A stretch of 64,000 bases of DNA from an uncultured Candidatus Rokubacteria bacterium. GTDB taxonomy: Bacteria > Methylomirabilota > Methylomirabilia > Rokubacteriales > CSP1-6. The stretch covers positions 864,001-928,000 of the forward strand of contig CAVXJS010000021.1 of assembly GCA_963762145.1 (NCBI GenBank), given 5' to 3'. How positions within the stretch are numbered: the stretch's first letter is position 1; every line of letters begins with the position of its first letter. This document shows, one piece after another, positions 36,387 to 47,096 of the stretch. Below the pieces are notes generated by a model that was not told where the DNA came from, did no database searches, and saw only the letters and a program-made list of their open reading frames with translations. Position numbers and translations under genes: made by a program.

Positions 36387-39130
36387 CAGAACGGGTTCCC
36401 GAAGGTGACGTAGAACTGTATCCGCGAGTCGTTACCGAGACGGTCCAGCGCGTAGCCCACGTCAAAGCGGATTGGGCCGACCGGGGTCTTGAGGCGGAGC
36501 CCTCCGCCGACGCCGGTGCGAAGCGCGCCGAAGTCGAGGTCCGAGATCTTGGGCGTCACGGCACCGCTGTCGACGAACACCGCCCCGCCCAGCCACCGAT
36601 AGAGCGGGAAGCGCCACTCCAGGTTCAGGACCGCCGTGGCGTTGCCGCCGACCGGGTTGCCGCGGGCATCGAGTGGTCCGAGACGGTCCTCCCGGTAGCC
36701 GCGGACGGTGGTGGCCCCGCCGGCGTAGAACCGGTCCTGGATCACCAGCACGTCGGTGCCGCCGTAGGGCGAGGCCAGCCCGAGGCGTCCGGCCACCGCG
36801 ATGACCGTCTTGGGTACCCAGTCGAAGTACCACCGGGTCTCGAACTGTCCCTTGACGAACTGGACGTCGCTGCCGAGCACCCGCGCGCCGGTCTCCACCG
36901 CGACCTGATGGAAGCTGCCGCGTGTCGGGTCCAGCGGCTCGTCGCGCCGATCCAGGGTGAGCATCGGCGTCACGCTGATGATGAGCTGGGTACCGGGCTC
37001 CACGTCCTCGGCCGTGAGGCTCGGATCGACGTCCGAATAGCGAGCCTGCACTATCCGGTACCGCAGGTCCCCGCGCAGCCCGCGGATCCGGTCGGGGAAG
37101 AGCTCGCGATGGGCGTCCAGCCAAATGCCGTACTGGCTGAGGTCGTAGCCGAGCTGGCGGCTGGACGCCTGGAAGATGTCGACGTCCAGCCACCACGGCG
37201 TGCCGAGCAGGAAGGGCACCCGGCCGAGGACGTCGGTGCGCTGCGCAAAGCTCGTGACGTCGCCGCCCCCGCTCAGACGCTGGCGTATGCTGAGGCTGGC
37301 TCCGGTGCCGAAGACATCGTCGTGGCCGAGCTCGACGAAGCCGCGGCCCCCCTCTGCGGTGGCGTAGCCGAGCCCGAAGTCGAAGTGCCAGGGCTTCCGC
37401 TCCCGGAGCGTGACCTCCACATCGGCAAACGGGTTCGGCGGTGGACGGAGCGGATCGATCGACACCGAGTCGAAGGCGGCCATGTCCCCGAGCCGCCGCT
37501 GCCCGGTGATGAGCTTGTCCGGGAGCAGCACATCGCCCGGCTGGAAGGGCAGGGTCCGCCGCACCATGCTCTCGCGCGCGAGCAGGAGTCCGCGCACCAG
37601 GACGCGCCCGATGCGTGTCTGCTCGCCCTCCACGATGTCGTAGCGGACGTCCACCGTCGAGTCTCGGCGGGTGGTCTGGACGCGCACCATCGCGCCGTGG
37701 TAGCCACGGTCGGCGTAGAGCCGCTCGATCGCGCGCTGGCCGTCCTCTGGCTGCCGGGACTCCCAGGGGGCGCCGACCTTGAACGGCAGGGCGGCGTCGA
37801 TCTGAGCCCGGGTGACGAGGTGTGCACCCTCGATGGCGATGGCGCCGGTGGTGATCCGCGGCCCGTCACGCACTGGGATCACCACCTGGGCCCGGGTGTG
37901 GTCGTCGGAGAAGTGGACCTGGGGCGGGCCGACGGTGGCCTCCGCGTAGCCGAGCGAGCGGAGATAGGCCAGTACCACGCCGACGTCGCGCTCCAGCGTG
38001 TCGTGGCGGAAGAGCCCGCGGCGGAATAGGCCGGGCGGCTTCGTCTCGATGCGCTTGGCGAGCTCCTCGGCGGGCTCCGAATGCTCGCCCGTGAAGGTCA
38101 CCGACTCAATGATCACCCGGGGCCCTTCATCGATGGCGAAGTGGATCACGTGGACGTCGCCGTCGCGCGTCTCGTGCGCTTTCACGGTGACGAAGTGGTA
38201 TCCATGCTCCCGGTAGGCCGCCTCCAGCTGATGCGCGCTCGCCTCCTGCTCGAAGGCATCGGCCGATCCGGTCTCCGGGAAGGTCAGCCGCGACTTGAGC
38301 GTCGATTCGGACAGCGCGGAGCGCCCCGCGAGCTCGACCCGGTAGCGCGGGCCGGCGGTGACCCCGACCTCCAGATCCACCCGGTTCCGGTCCTGGTGCC
38401 ATTCGGGGCGGGCGGCGACGCGCGCGCCGTAATAGCCCTCCTGCCGGAGGCGCTCCTCGGCGGCGCGCACCCCGTCACGCATGCGCGACTCGCGGTAGCG
38501 CTCGCCTTCCCTGAGCTTGAGCACCTTCTCGATCTGCGCGGCCGGCAATCCGGTGTCGCCCACGAGGCGCACCGTGCCGATCTTCGTCGGCCCACCCGCG
38601 TCCAGGAACACGGTCACATCCCGCTCGCTGGTGCCCGGCACCGCCTGGGTCTGGAACCGAACGCGCGCGCCGAGATAGCCTTCTTCCCGGTAGCGTGCGA
38701 GCAGATCGCGCTCGGCTCGGGCCAGGCGCTCCGGGGACGCTTCCTCGCCGATAGCGAGGCCGGCCGCGGCCACCGCCGCGGCCAGATCGATGCCCGGCTC
38801 GCCCTCCCACGCGATGTGCCGGATGGGGACGCGGAGGGTCAACTCGTAGCGCAGCGTCAGCCCGCCGGCCACCGTGATCTCCTGGACGCGGATCGTCGAG
38901 AAGCGCTGCAGTGCCCACAGACGATCGACAGAGGCGCGCACCGCATCGCGGGAGAGGGGCTTGCCGGCCAGATCGCCGATCGTGGCCCGCACCTGCGCCT
39001 CTTCGCGCAGCGGAGCATCCGCGGAGATCTCCACCGATGTCACCACCGGCGGCTCGGCTGCGGCGGAGCCCCCGAGGGCCGTCAGCAGGATGACCCCCGC
39101 GAGAACGCGCCGTGCGCGACGACCGATCAC
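36386..39130 (-). CDS. Omp85 family outer membrane protein (BamA/TamA-like, multiple POTRA domains)
   Basis: Repeated YxxxGY POTRA motifs, FYAGGATTVRGY, TPVGPIRFDVG, C-terminal FGNPF; GTG start at 39130. Confidence 0.92.
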   Translation of the reverse strand: MIGRRARRVLAGVILLTALGGSAAAEPPVVTSVEISADAPLREEAQVRATIGDLAGKPLSRDAVRASVDRLWALQRFSTIRVQEITVAGGLTLRYELTLRVPIRHIAWEGEPGIDLAAAVAAAGLAIGEEASPERLARAERDLLARYREEGYLGARVRFQTQAVPGTSERDVTVFLDAGGPTKIGTVRLVGDTGLPAAQIEKVLKLREGERYRESRMRDGVRAAEERLRQEGYYGARVAARPEWHQDRNRVDLEVGVTAGPRYRVELAGRSALSESTLKSRLTFPETGSADAFEQEASAHQLEAAYREHGYHFVTVKAHETRDGDVHVIHFAIDEGPRVIIESVTFTGEHSEPAEELAKRIETKPPGLFRRGLFRHDTLERDVGVVLAYLRSLGYAEATVGPPQVHFSDDHTRAQVVIPVRDGPRITTGAIAIEGAHLVTRAQIDAALPFKVGAPWESRQPEDGQRAIERLYADRGYHGAMVRVQTTRRDSTVDVRYDIVEGEQTRIGRVLVRGLLLARESMVRRTLPFQPGDVLLPDKLITGQRRLGDMAAFDSVSIDPLRPPPNPFADVEVTLRERKPWHFDFGLGYATAEGGRGFVELGHDDVFGTGASLSIRQRLSGGGDVTSFAQRTDVLGRVPFLLGTPWWLDVDIFQASSRQLGYDLSQYGIWLDAHRELFPDRIRGLRGDLRYRIVQARYSDVDPSLTAEDVEPGTQLIISVTPMLTLDRRDEPLDPTRGSFHQVAVETGARVLGSDVQFVKGQFETRWYFDWVPKTVIAVAGRLGLASPYGGTDVLVIQDRFYAGGATTVRGYREDRLGPLDARGNPVGGNATAVLNLEWRFPLYRWLGGAVFVDSGAVTPKISDLDFGALRTGVGGGLRLKTPVGPIRFDVGYALDRLGNDSRIQFYVTFGNPF

Positions 39131-39140
39131 GGCGACCGGC

Positions 39141-42100
39141 TCACCGGAAGCGAAAGCGAAACACGACGTCGGCCCCGTAGCCGTACTCACGATCGTACTC
39201 ACCGGACAGGTACACCGGCGCCCAGAGCTGGTACTCGACGTGCACGGTGTCCTTGCGGGCGCCCGGGGTGTTGCGCGACCGGTTGTACGCGTTCCGCTCC
39301 TCGCCCCGAAACCCGTGGATCTCGCTCGCGTTCTCGCTGGCGGCCGACGAGCCGGTGCTAATCCGCAGGCCGCTAACACCGGGATCGACGCCGAACACGT
39401 CCTGGGCCAGCATCTTGCCCGCTTCGCTCAGGAGCACGGTGGCGGGCGACTCGCGGAGGACGGCGCCGGTGGCACCGAAGGCCACCAGAGACAACAGGTC
39501 GTTCTGGGACAGACGGGGCGTCGAGCTGAAGCGCACCGTGATGTTCGATAGCGGCCCGGTGACCTGCATGGTCACGTCGTACTCGGCGATGCGCGAGGTG
39601 GCGAGCACGTCCAGGAACGGGTCGAGGCGGCGCGGGTCGGCGAAGCGCACCGTGATGCCGGTCACGCTCCAGTCGCGTCCGCGGAAATTGATGCGGCCGT
39701 CCCGGCTCTCCACCAAGCCGAAGACGACCGGCCGGGCGGTGGTGCCCTCGATGGTCAGGACGCCGCCCCCGCGCAGGTCCGCGGTGCGGCTACGCACCAC
39801 CAGATTGTCGTCGAGGTCCACCCGGATTCGCAGGCGGAGCGGGGTGCCCGGATCGACGGCGGCGGCCTGCGCCGGCGACAGCACGAGGGATAGGACGGAC
39901 AGGTCGCGCCGATAGGCGCCACGCACGAGGCGCGCCCGGCCGATGAGCTGCGCCTCGCGGGTGATCCCGCTCAGCTCGAGGTCGGCGTCCCAGGCGCTGG
40001 AGAAGCCCTCGATCTGCCCCACCGAGACGTCCTTCGCCCGCAGCTTGAAGCGGTAGGCGCCGGGCTGCCAGCCCTGCAGCGCGATGTCGCCCTGGGCCTG
40101 CAGCCGACCGCCGCCCATCGCCGCGGTGGCGTCCCGCACCTGCACTCCCTGGGTCGAGAAGACGAGGCGTGCCTCGATGTCGTGTAGCGTCTGCGGGCGG
40201 TCGCGCAGGAGCAGGTTGCCGCGGTGGATGGCGCCGTCGCCTATGAAGGCCGGCGCGGCCAGCGTGCCGGAGGCCCGCAGCGCGAGATCGAGCGTGCCCT
40301 CGATCTCGCGGATCTCGGGCCGCATCGCGCCGAGCATGGCGAGCGGCAGCTGGGCCGTCGCGCGCCCGTCCAGCTTGCCGTCCGCGCCCACGGTGCCCGC
40401 CCCCGCGAGGAAGCCCCCCGGCTTGGCGGTGAGCCGGAAGTCGGCGATGGAGAAGCCGCCCTGCGCCCAGCGGATCTGGATCGGGCTCGCGCTCTCCCAC
40501 GTGTCGTTTGCGACCGTCAGGCGCAGGGGACCGATCGAGACGACCCCGGTGCCTCGCTGTGGCTCCGCGAGCGGCACCCGGGCGGTGGCGCGGGCCGAGA
40601 TCGTGCCGCCGATGGCGGCGAGCCCTGGCCCGAGCGTGCGGGTGAGGCGCGCCAGGTCGACGTCCGGAATCGTGCCCTGGGCCTCGAGCGTGCCAGCCGC
40701 ATCCACGCGGCCGCGCGCGCTCGCCTGCAGGCGCGGCTCGGGGAAGGAGAGTTCGGCGCGGTACTCCCGGTCCCGCGCCGACAGATCGATCTGACCGCGA
40801 CCGAGCGACACGCCGGCGACCGCGACGTCCTCGAGCACCGCGCGCGCGGTGCCGGTGACGTCCGTGATCGAGGACATGCTCGCGTCGATCGTGGCGCGCC
40901 CGGTGCCCTGGAGGCCGGGACCGGGGGGAACGAGGGTGACGCCGGCCAGCGGCACCGGGCCGAGCGTGGCCTTCGCGCTGCCCCCGCCCGCCCACGCCCA
41001 CGTGGCGGTGCCGCGGGTGGGTACGCCGAACGCGTCGACGGACAGCTCGGTCACGTCGAGGCGCGTGTCGTCCAGGGCGAAGACGGCCCGCAGCTGCCGG
41101 AGCGGACCCGGCCCCATCTCCAGCCGTGGCGAGGTGAGCGTGCCCGTGGCGCGCCACGCCCGAGGCGTGCCCTCCGCGCGCGCGGTCAGGGCCAGCTCGC
41201 CAACCCCCTGGGCGGCCGGGGGTAGGAGCGGCGAGACGTCTTCCAGGCGCGCCGACGGTGCGCGGAGCTCGGCCCGGATCTGGGTCAGGCGGGCCAGCGT
41301 GTCCGCCGTCAGCGCGCCATCCAGCGGCCAGGTCGCGCTCGCGTCCGCCGAGAGCCGGCTCGTGCCGAGCCGCGCCTGGCCCTTCTCGAGGCGCAAGCTC
41401 GACCGAGTCAATCGCAGCGGCAGGTCTACGTCGCTCACCGTCGCGCCGCGCAGCTGGATCCGCGGCGCGCGCAGCGCGCCGGTGGCCTCGAGGGCGTCGG
41501 TGCGGCCGTGCGCGTCGGCGGTGAGGGTGGCGCGCCCGCCGACCCCAGGCGCGCCCAGTGCGGGCGCGAGTCGGGCCAGCTCGGCCTCCACCCGCGCGGT
41601 CATCGCGATGGCGCCGTCGTCGCGAACCTGGCCCGAGGCGGCGGCCACCAGGCCGGGCCACTGCGCGTCGAGCCGGCTCAGCTCGACGGCGCCATCGCCC
41701 AGGCGGATCTCGGCGCGGGCCTGGCCACGGCCGATCTCGGCCAGGGCACCCGGCAACCGCGCGTGGTCGAGCGCGAGCGCGAGCGCCCGATGCTCGGCAC
41801 CGACCAGCACGCCGGTGGCGGTCAGCCGCCCGGACAGGCCGTCGAGCTGGAAACGCTCCAGGGCGACGCGCGACCCTTCCCATCGCAGCACGATCGGGCC
41901 CTGGCTGGCCCACGACTCGCCCAGGAGACGCAGACCGTCTGGGGTCATCCGGAGCACGCCGCGCCCGCTCGCCGGCTCGCCGAGCGCGATCGACGCCTCG
42001 CCGCGGGCCGACACGCGTCCCTCGACGTGTTCGGCCGCGCCCGAGCCGAGCTCGCGGAGGAGAGGCTGCAGCGCCAGGTCATCCAGTTCGACCGTGCTGC

Positions 42101-43943
42101 TGAGCGCACTGCTGGTCTCGACCCGGCCACTCACCTTTGCTCGCAGGCGACGGGTCGGGAACGACAGGTCGCCGTCGAGCGCCGCCCCGCGCACGCGCAT
42201 CTCGGCTTGCCCGGCGCCCAGCGAGACGCCAGCCGCGGTGACCTGGTCGAGCGTGGCGCGCGCGGTCGCGGTGATCACGCCAGGGTTGATCGAGGCGTCC
42301 AGGGTGGCCCGGCCAGTGCCGCCCAGGCGCAGCGCGGGCGGAACGCCGGTGATCGCGCCGAGCGAGACCGGGCCGAGCTCAGCGTGGCTGCGGCCCGACC
42401 CGGCCCATTCCCAGACCCCGGTCGCCTCGACGGGCACCGCCGCGGCCCGCGCGCGGGCGCGGGTGATCTGGAGCCGCTTGCCGTCGACCGCGAGCGCGGC
42501 GGTGATCTGCTCGATCGCGAGCTGATCCGACCGGATGCGCGGCGACTCGATCGTGCCCTCCCATTGCGAGTCCGGGCCCGGCGACGCCGCGAGGCGGAAC
42601 GACGCCTCGATCGGCTCGACGGCGTGGCCCTGCACGACGAGCGCCGTGACCTCGGCCCGGCCCTCGACCGCCGGCGTCTGGCCGCGGCCGCTCAGGGCTG
42701 CCGAGACGGTGGCGTGCCCACTCAGGGCGCCGAGGCTCAGAGCCCGGGCGATCTCCTTCAGATCGGCGGTGAGCGTGCCGCGCACCGCCAGCGGCCGGCC
42801 TGCCGCGAGGCGGCCGCCGAGCGTGATCGCGAGGCCGCGCCAGGTCGCCTGGGCGGGCGTGAGATCGACGCCGCCGTCGCGCACGCGGCCCTCGGCGCTG
42901 GCCGTCCCGGCGCCGAGGGCGGCCAGGGATCCGGGGAGCACGACCTCGCGTAGATCGAGAGCGAGCCGGGTGCCGCCGGCGGCGTGGGGCGCCACCTCGA
43001 ACCGTCCCCGCAGTCGCCCGGTGCCGAAGCGGGCCTCGACATCGTCCAGGCGGAGCCGCTGCCCGGTCCACTCGCCATAGACGGCGATCTGGATCTTGCC
43101 CTCGATCTGCTGATCGGAGCCGGCGAGCCGCGCGAGCGCCGAGAGCTCGAGATCGCCGTCGAGGCGGAGCGCGGCCTCCGGCTCGGCCGTCCACGGATGG
43201 CGCACCTCCCCGACGAGCCGCAGCGCCTCGCCTTGCCACCGCCAGGCGAGTTGCCGGACCGTGATGACATCGGCGGAGAGCCGGCCCTGCAGCGCGACCT
43301 GGGTGAGCTGCTCCCGGCGACCGAGCGCGGCGACGCGGAGCGTCTCGATCCGACCCGAGACGTCGAGATCACCCGCGGCGGGCCGCGCGGTAACAACCGG
43401 CCCCGAGAGCTCGAGGGTCATGTCGCCGTCCGCGGTGCGGATCACGATGTCGCCGCCCTTCACGCCGACCCGCCCGATGCCGATGCGGAGCGGACCGGCC
43501 TCGAACGAGTCCGGCAGGGGGAAGAGATCGGGTCCATCGCCGATCGTGGCCGGGACCGTGGCGTCGAGCTGGACATCGGTGGCCAGGGCCGACACCGTGA
43601 GCTGCCGGCGCCAGAGGCTCGCGATGTCGATGCTCAGGTCGATCCCCGCCGCGCGGAGCCAGGGGGCGCCGGCCGCGGCCGGGCGTGTGCCCACCTCGAG
43701 ATCCTGCAGCGACACCCGCCCGCGCCAGGGGCTCAGGTGCACGGCGCCCACGCGCGCGGGCTGCCCCAGCGCTTCCGAGAGCAGCGCCTCGACGCGCTCG
43801 CGCGTGAGCACCGGACCGTACACTCGCAGGACCACCCAGGAGGCGGCCAGGAAGAGACTCATCACGACCAGGGTGGCGAGCAACGCGGTGTGCCACCAGC
43901 GCAGCGATCTGATCCACGTCATGATGGGGCCGAGTATATCCAT
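39141..43943 (-). CDS. tamB: TamB/AsmA-like translocation and assembly module protein
   Basis: N-terminal TM anchor, long beta-rich body, DUF490-like C-terminus (FSSTPRLSQNDLLSL...YGADVVFRFRF), adjacent to the Omp85 gene. Confidence 0.88.
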   Translation of the reverse strand: MDILGPIMTWIRSLRWWHTALLATLVVMSLFLAASWVVLRVYGPVLTRERVEALLSEALGQPARVGAVHLSPWRGRVSLQDLEVGTRPAAAGAPWLRAAGIDLSIDIASLWRRQLTVSALATDVQLDATVPATIGDGPDLFPLPDSFEAGPLRIGIGRVGVKGGDIVIRTADGDMTLELSGPVVTARPAAGDLDVSGRIETLRVAALGRREQLTQVALQGRLSADVITVRQLAWRWQGEALRLVGEVRHPWTAEPEAALRLDGDLELSALARLAGSDQQIEGKIQIAVYGEWTGQRLRLDDVEARFGTGRLRGRFEVAPHAAGGTRLALDLREVVLPGSLAALGAGTASAEGRVRDGGVDLTPAQATWRGLAITLGGRLAAGRPLAVRGTLTADLKEIARALSLGALSGHATVSAALSGRGQTPAVEGRAEVTALVVQGHAVEPIEASFRLAASPGPDSQWEGTIESPRIRSDQLAIEQITAALAVDGKRLQITRARARAAAVPVEATGVWEWAGSGRSHAELGPVSLGAITGVPPALRLGGTGRATLDASINPGVITATARATLDQVTAAGVSLGAGQAEMRVRGAALDGDLSFPTRRLRAKVSGRVETSSALSSTVELDDLALQPLLRELGSGAAEHVEGRVSARGEASIALGEPASGRGVLRMTPDGLRLLGESWASQGPIVLRWEGSRVALERFQLDGLSGRLTATGVLVGAEHRALALALDHARLPGALAEIGRGQARAEIRLGDGAVELSRLDAQWPGLVAAASGQVRDDGAIAMTARVEAELARLAPALGAPGVGGRATLTADAHGRTDALEATGALRAPRIQLRGATVSDVDLPLRLTRSSLRLEKGQARLGTSRLSADASATWPLDGALTADTLARLTQIRAELRAPSARLEDVSPLLPPAAQGVGELALTARAEGTPRAWRATGTLTSPRLEMGPGPLRQLRAVFALDDTRLDVTELSVDAFGVPTRGTATWAWAGGGSAKATLGPVPLAGVTLVPPGPGLQGTGRATIDASMSSITDVTGTARAVLEDVAVAGVSLGRGQIDLSARDREYRAELSFPEPRLQASARGRVDAAGTLEAQGTIPDVDLARLTRTLGPGLAAIGGTISARATARVPLAEPQRGTGVVSIGPLRLTVANDTWESASPIQIRWAQGGFSIADFRLTAKPGGFLAGAGTVGADGKLDGRATAQLPLAMLGAMRPEIREIEGTLDLALRASGTLAAPAFIGDGAIHRGNLLLRDRPQTLHDIEARLVFSTQGVQVRDATAAMGGGRLQAQGDIALQGWQPGAYRFKLRAKDVSVGQIEGFSSAWDADLELSGITREAQLIGRARLVRGAYRRDLSVLSLVLSPAQAAAVDPGTPLRLRIRVDLDDNLVVRSRTADLRGGGVLTIEGTTARPVVFGLVESRDGRINFRGRDWSVTGITVRFADPRRLDPFLDVLATSRIAEYDVTMQVTGPLSNITVRFSSTPRLSQNDLLSLVAFGATGAVLRESPATVLLSEAGKMLAQDVFGVDPGVSGLRISTGSSAASENASEIHGFRGEERNAYNRSRNTPGARKDTVHVEYQLWAPVYLSGEYDREYGYGADVVFRFRFR

Positions 43944-44562
43944 GTCCTGGCATCGGACGCGCGCGGACCCGCTCGCTCCGGGAGCATTCGGCCCTCGTGA
44001 TCGGCAAGGCGTGCTGCCCGACTGCGGGGGAGGCGGGCGAAGGAAGGGGCAGCCGTGGAGCTTGGCGTCGGAACTAGAAGCCGACTGAGATTCGACTCTC
44101 GGGGGCCGCAGTCTTGGTACCCGATTCTCCCCTGTGACGGAGCGTGGAACGTTAGGCCAGCGCGCGCCTCACACCTAACGCTCGCCCACAATGAAGTGCA
44201 GGCCTTGCCAGCTTGCAAGCGCTGGCCCTCGCGCAACCCGATGTCTCAGCGGACACCTCGACTAAGACGTGGCCGATCCACGGGCGGGTTAGGTGCGCGT
44301 GTTACTTGGTCCCCGCTCGCTGACCGCTTCAGCAGAAGCTCGCTCCGCGGCGCCTCCGCTTGCATGACCTCCCGCCACATAAGCAGAGACCGAGCGCGTT
44401 GGTCGTCGTGTTCGCCTGTTTCCGAGTCGTTTCGCTTATACATTCGCCTGCGCTCCTGTTTTGTCCGTGTCCAAGCAGATTTACACGGTAGTTCCTTCCG
44501 CTCCCATGAGGGAAACGCGAGCACTTTGGCAAACTCGCGCTCTTGCGTCGTAATCGCCCGCA

Positions 44563-44577
44563 TGGCATGGGCTATGC
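44563..44577 (+). promoter_or_regulatory. sigma54-type -24/-12 motif (quasi-palindromic)
   Basis: TGGCATGGGCTATGC; the reverse strand also reads TGGCATAGCCCATGC. Confidence 0.45.
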
Positions 44578-44647
44578 CAGCTCTCTCGGATCAAGTGCGT
44601 CGTGTCCCATGAGCGGCAGTGTTTCAGACTGAGGGAGGGCATGAGTC

Positions 44648-44836
44648 ATGAAGGCACGGATGATCGTGTTCGTGATCGGCATCGCCCCCGCGGTCCTCGG
44701 ATGCGCGAGCAATGAGGTACGGGACGACCAGTTCTCGCGCGCCGGTGGGGCAAGTTACAACTCACCTGCGAGTGCCCCGATTTCAGGCTGGTACGGCGCG
44801 ATCACCGTGAGCCCTGGGCAGGTATTCGAGAACTAA
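44648..44836 (+). CDS. Small lipoprotein
   Basis: GGAGG SD; MKARMIVFVIGIAPAVLG-C lipobox. Confidence 0.55.
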   Translation: MKARMIVFVIGIAPAVLGCASNEVRDDQFSRAGGASYNSPASAPISGWYGAITVSPGQVFEN

Positions 44837-44858
44837 GTAGGAGGGCGGTGTACCACTC

Positions 44859-44904
44859 GCCCCGAAAGACGGTGGGCCGCCCTCAGAGGGTGCCCTTCGA
44901 GCTC
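44859..44904 (-). repeat. Hairpin family element, copy 3
   Basis: GAGCTCGAAGGGCACCCTCTGAGGGCGGCCCACCGTCTTTCGGGGC. Confidence 0.5.
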
Positions 44905-45478
44905 TGGTGTTCACGATAATGCGGTGCCTTCGCGCAGCAGCACGTTGACCATGTTGCGAAGGACATCTAGGTTGACGGCTTCTCAAGCATCGGCTCAGTG
45001 GTTCCTTGCCGAAGAGCGGCGTGCTCGCCGGTTCCCTTTAGGCGATTGCCGGTCCATGTCCCACCCAGGGCTCCCGGCCCTTCACGGGCGCCTGCGTGAG
45101 GCTACAGACTACGGCTTCACGTCCGGGTATCTCGGCCTCAGTGCCTCAACCGTCTCCGTGTATAGCTGATTGGCCTTGATCTGATCGAGTTCTTTCTGCC
45201 AGGTCTTGGACTCTCCGGTGGGGACCAGTCAGCCGAACCTATATCACCCACGTCGCCATTGTCATGGTCCTCCTAGAATCACCGTAGTGACCAATAACTT
45301 GAATTTGTCTAGGCCGGCTCGCGATCTGGTGTTACGTCAAACTACTGCTCCTGCTTAGGATGACTTCGATCGGCCTCATCGAGGCGGTGATCGTGCTCCT
45401 TGGGTTTGCTTTGCACGTCGTGGCCCCATGATCCCGACGGGGTGGTCATCAGTCTCGCCGAGGTGATCGCATGACGGT

Positions 45479-47074
45479 CTACCTGGAATCGATAGCGGTC
45501 GTGACTCTCTCGACGGCGTCCTCGGCCTCGCCGCTCGTGTCGAGGCGGATCACCCCCGGCTCGTGGGCTGGCGACTCGTAGCGGGCCCGGTGTTCCGCCA
45601 GCAGCTCGCCCCGACCGTCGGAGACCTCGTGCCGGTCCTCGCCCCGGCGTCGAAGCCGTTCTACGAGGACCTCGTTGGGAGCGTCGCACCAGAGCACGGC
45701 AAACGGCAAGCCGTGGCGCTCGGCCACCGCGCGGGCCTGCGCCCGCTCCGCGACATGCGAGAAGCTGCCGTCGACGATGACGGGCCAGCCGGCCTGGAGC
45801 AGCTCATCGGCTAGCCGCGCCGCCTCAACATACGTCCGCCGTCCCATCTCGGAAGCGTAGAGCCCTTCCCCGAAGGCCGGCGCTACCCGTTCGCGCAGCG
45901 GCACGCCGGCGAGCCGCTTCCGAACCCCGTCGGTCCGCACCACGATGGCGCCGAGCCGGGACGCGACGAGGCGCGCGGCGGTGCTCTTGCCAGTGCCCAT
46001 GACGCCGGTGGTGATCACCAGGCGCGGGCGCCGGCGGGGCGCGGCGAAGCGCCCGGCCAGCTCGAACAGGGCCCGGGCCTCGTCCGCGCGGTCCGCCTCG
46101 TGATCGGACGATCCGGTCACCTGGAAGGCCGTCACCTTGCCCCGCACCCACGCCCGGTAGGTACAGTAGAAGTCGAGAAGCGGCACGGCCTCGTAGTCTC
46201 CGGTCTCCTCGAGATAGGCGTTCAGGAAGCGGATCGCCAGGTCCGGGCGGCCCAGCCGCTCCAGATCCATCGTGAGAAAGGCGATCTCCCCGGCCACGTC
46301 GCCGAAGCGGAACCGGTGGTTGAACTCGATGCAGTCGAAGATCTGCACGGGTTCCGCGCAGCAGACGTGCTGAGCCTGCAGGTCGCCGTGGCAGTCGCGG
46401 CTGCGTCCCGCGGCGACCCGGGCCGCGAACCGCCCCTCCTCGCGCTCGAGGAATGTCTCCACGTATTCGCGCACGCGGCGGCGCGTCTCGTCCGCCAGGA
46501 GCTCCGGACCCACCGCGGCGGTCTGGGCGAAGTTCTCCTCCCAGTTCCGCCGGATCGTCTCGATGCCGCCGAGCTCGTCGATCTCGCCGCCGGTATCGGC
46601 GGCGGCATGGAAGCGCGCCACCGTGGACCCGATCTCGTCGAGCAGCGCCGGCGGGGCGGCGTGCGCACGCACGAGGCGATCGAGCATGCGCTCGGCGGGC
46701 AGTCGCCGCATCAGCACCGCAACCTCGATCGCACGGCCCCGCCCCTCGAAGCGCGGCGCCCGCGCGCTCCCCCTGATCTCCACGACGCCCAGGTACATGT
46801 CGGAGGTGAGGCGCCGGTTGAGCCGCACCTCATCGTGGCAGAACCGCCGCCGCCGGGCGAGCGTGGTGAAGTCGAGGAACCCGAGGCTCACCGGCTTCTT
46901 GATCTTGTACACCCGGTCCCCGGCGAGCAGGACCCACGAGATGTGTGTCTCGACGAGCTCCACGCGATGCACCGGATGCGGGTAGACGGCCGGATCAAGA
47001 AGCCGCTCGACGAGGCGGGGCCGCCGGCTCCTCTGATCAAGCCCGGAAGGCCGAGCGCCCGCCGTCACGCGCAA
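45479..47074 (-). CDS. Bifunctional aminoglycoside phosphotransferase-like / AAA_33 kinase
   Basis: VETHISWVLL, YKIKKPV, CHGDL, FDCIEFN; P-loop GVMGTGKST. Confidence 0.9.
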   Translation of the reverse strand: MRVTAGARPSGLDQRSRRPRLVERLLDPAVYPHPVHRVELVETHISWVLLAGDRVYKIKKPVSLGFLDFTTLARRRRFCHDEVRLNRRLTSDMYLGVVEIRGSARAPRFEGRGRAIEVAVLMRRLPAERMLDRLVRAHAAPPALLDEIGSTVARFHAAADTGGEIDELGGIETIRRNWEENFAQTAAVGPELLADETRRRVREYVETFLEREEGRFAARVAAGRSRDCHGDLQAQHVCCAEPVQIFDCIEFNHRFRFGDVAGEIAFLTMDLERLGRPDLAIRFLNAYLEETGDYEAVPLLDFYCTYRAWVRGKVTAFQVTGSSDHEADRADEARALFELAGRFAAPRRRPRLVITTGVMGTGKSTAARLVASRLGAIVVRTDGVRKRLAGVPLRERVAPAFGEGLYASEMGRRTYVEAARLADELLQAGWPVIVDGSFSHVAERAQARAVAERHGLPFAVLWCDAPNEVLVERLRRRGEDRHEVSDGRGELLAEHRARYESPAHEPGVIRLDTSGEAEDAVERVTTAIDSR

Positions 47075-47096
47075 GGACGACCACCTCGCCCTCGCC

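Noticed and set aside
44049-44110. tRNA-like stretch (TGGAGC...CGTCGG...CCGA...TTCGACT...GCCGCA)
   Set aside because: The D-arm is missing, the acceptor stem is mismatched and the T-arm geometry is wrong; at most a relic.
44055-45460. ORFs 44055..44612, 44246..44563, 44924..45169 and 45342..45689
   Set aside because: No motifs and atypical codon usage. A short coding-like fragment near 45105-45210 (-) could not be assigned.
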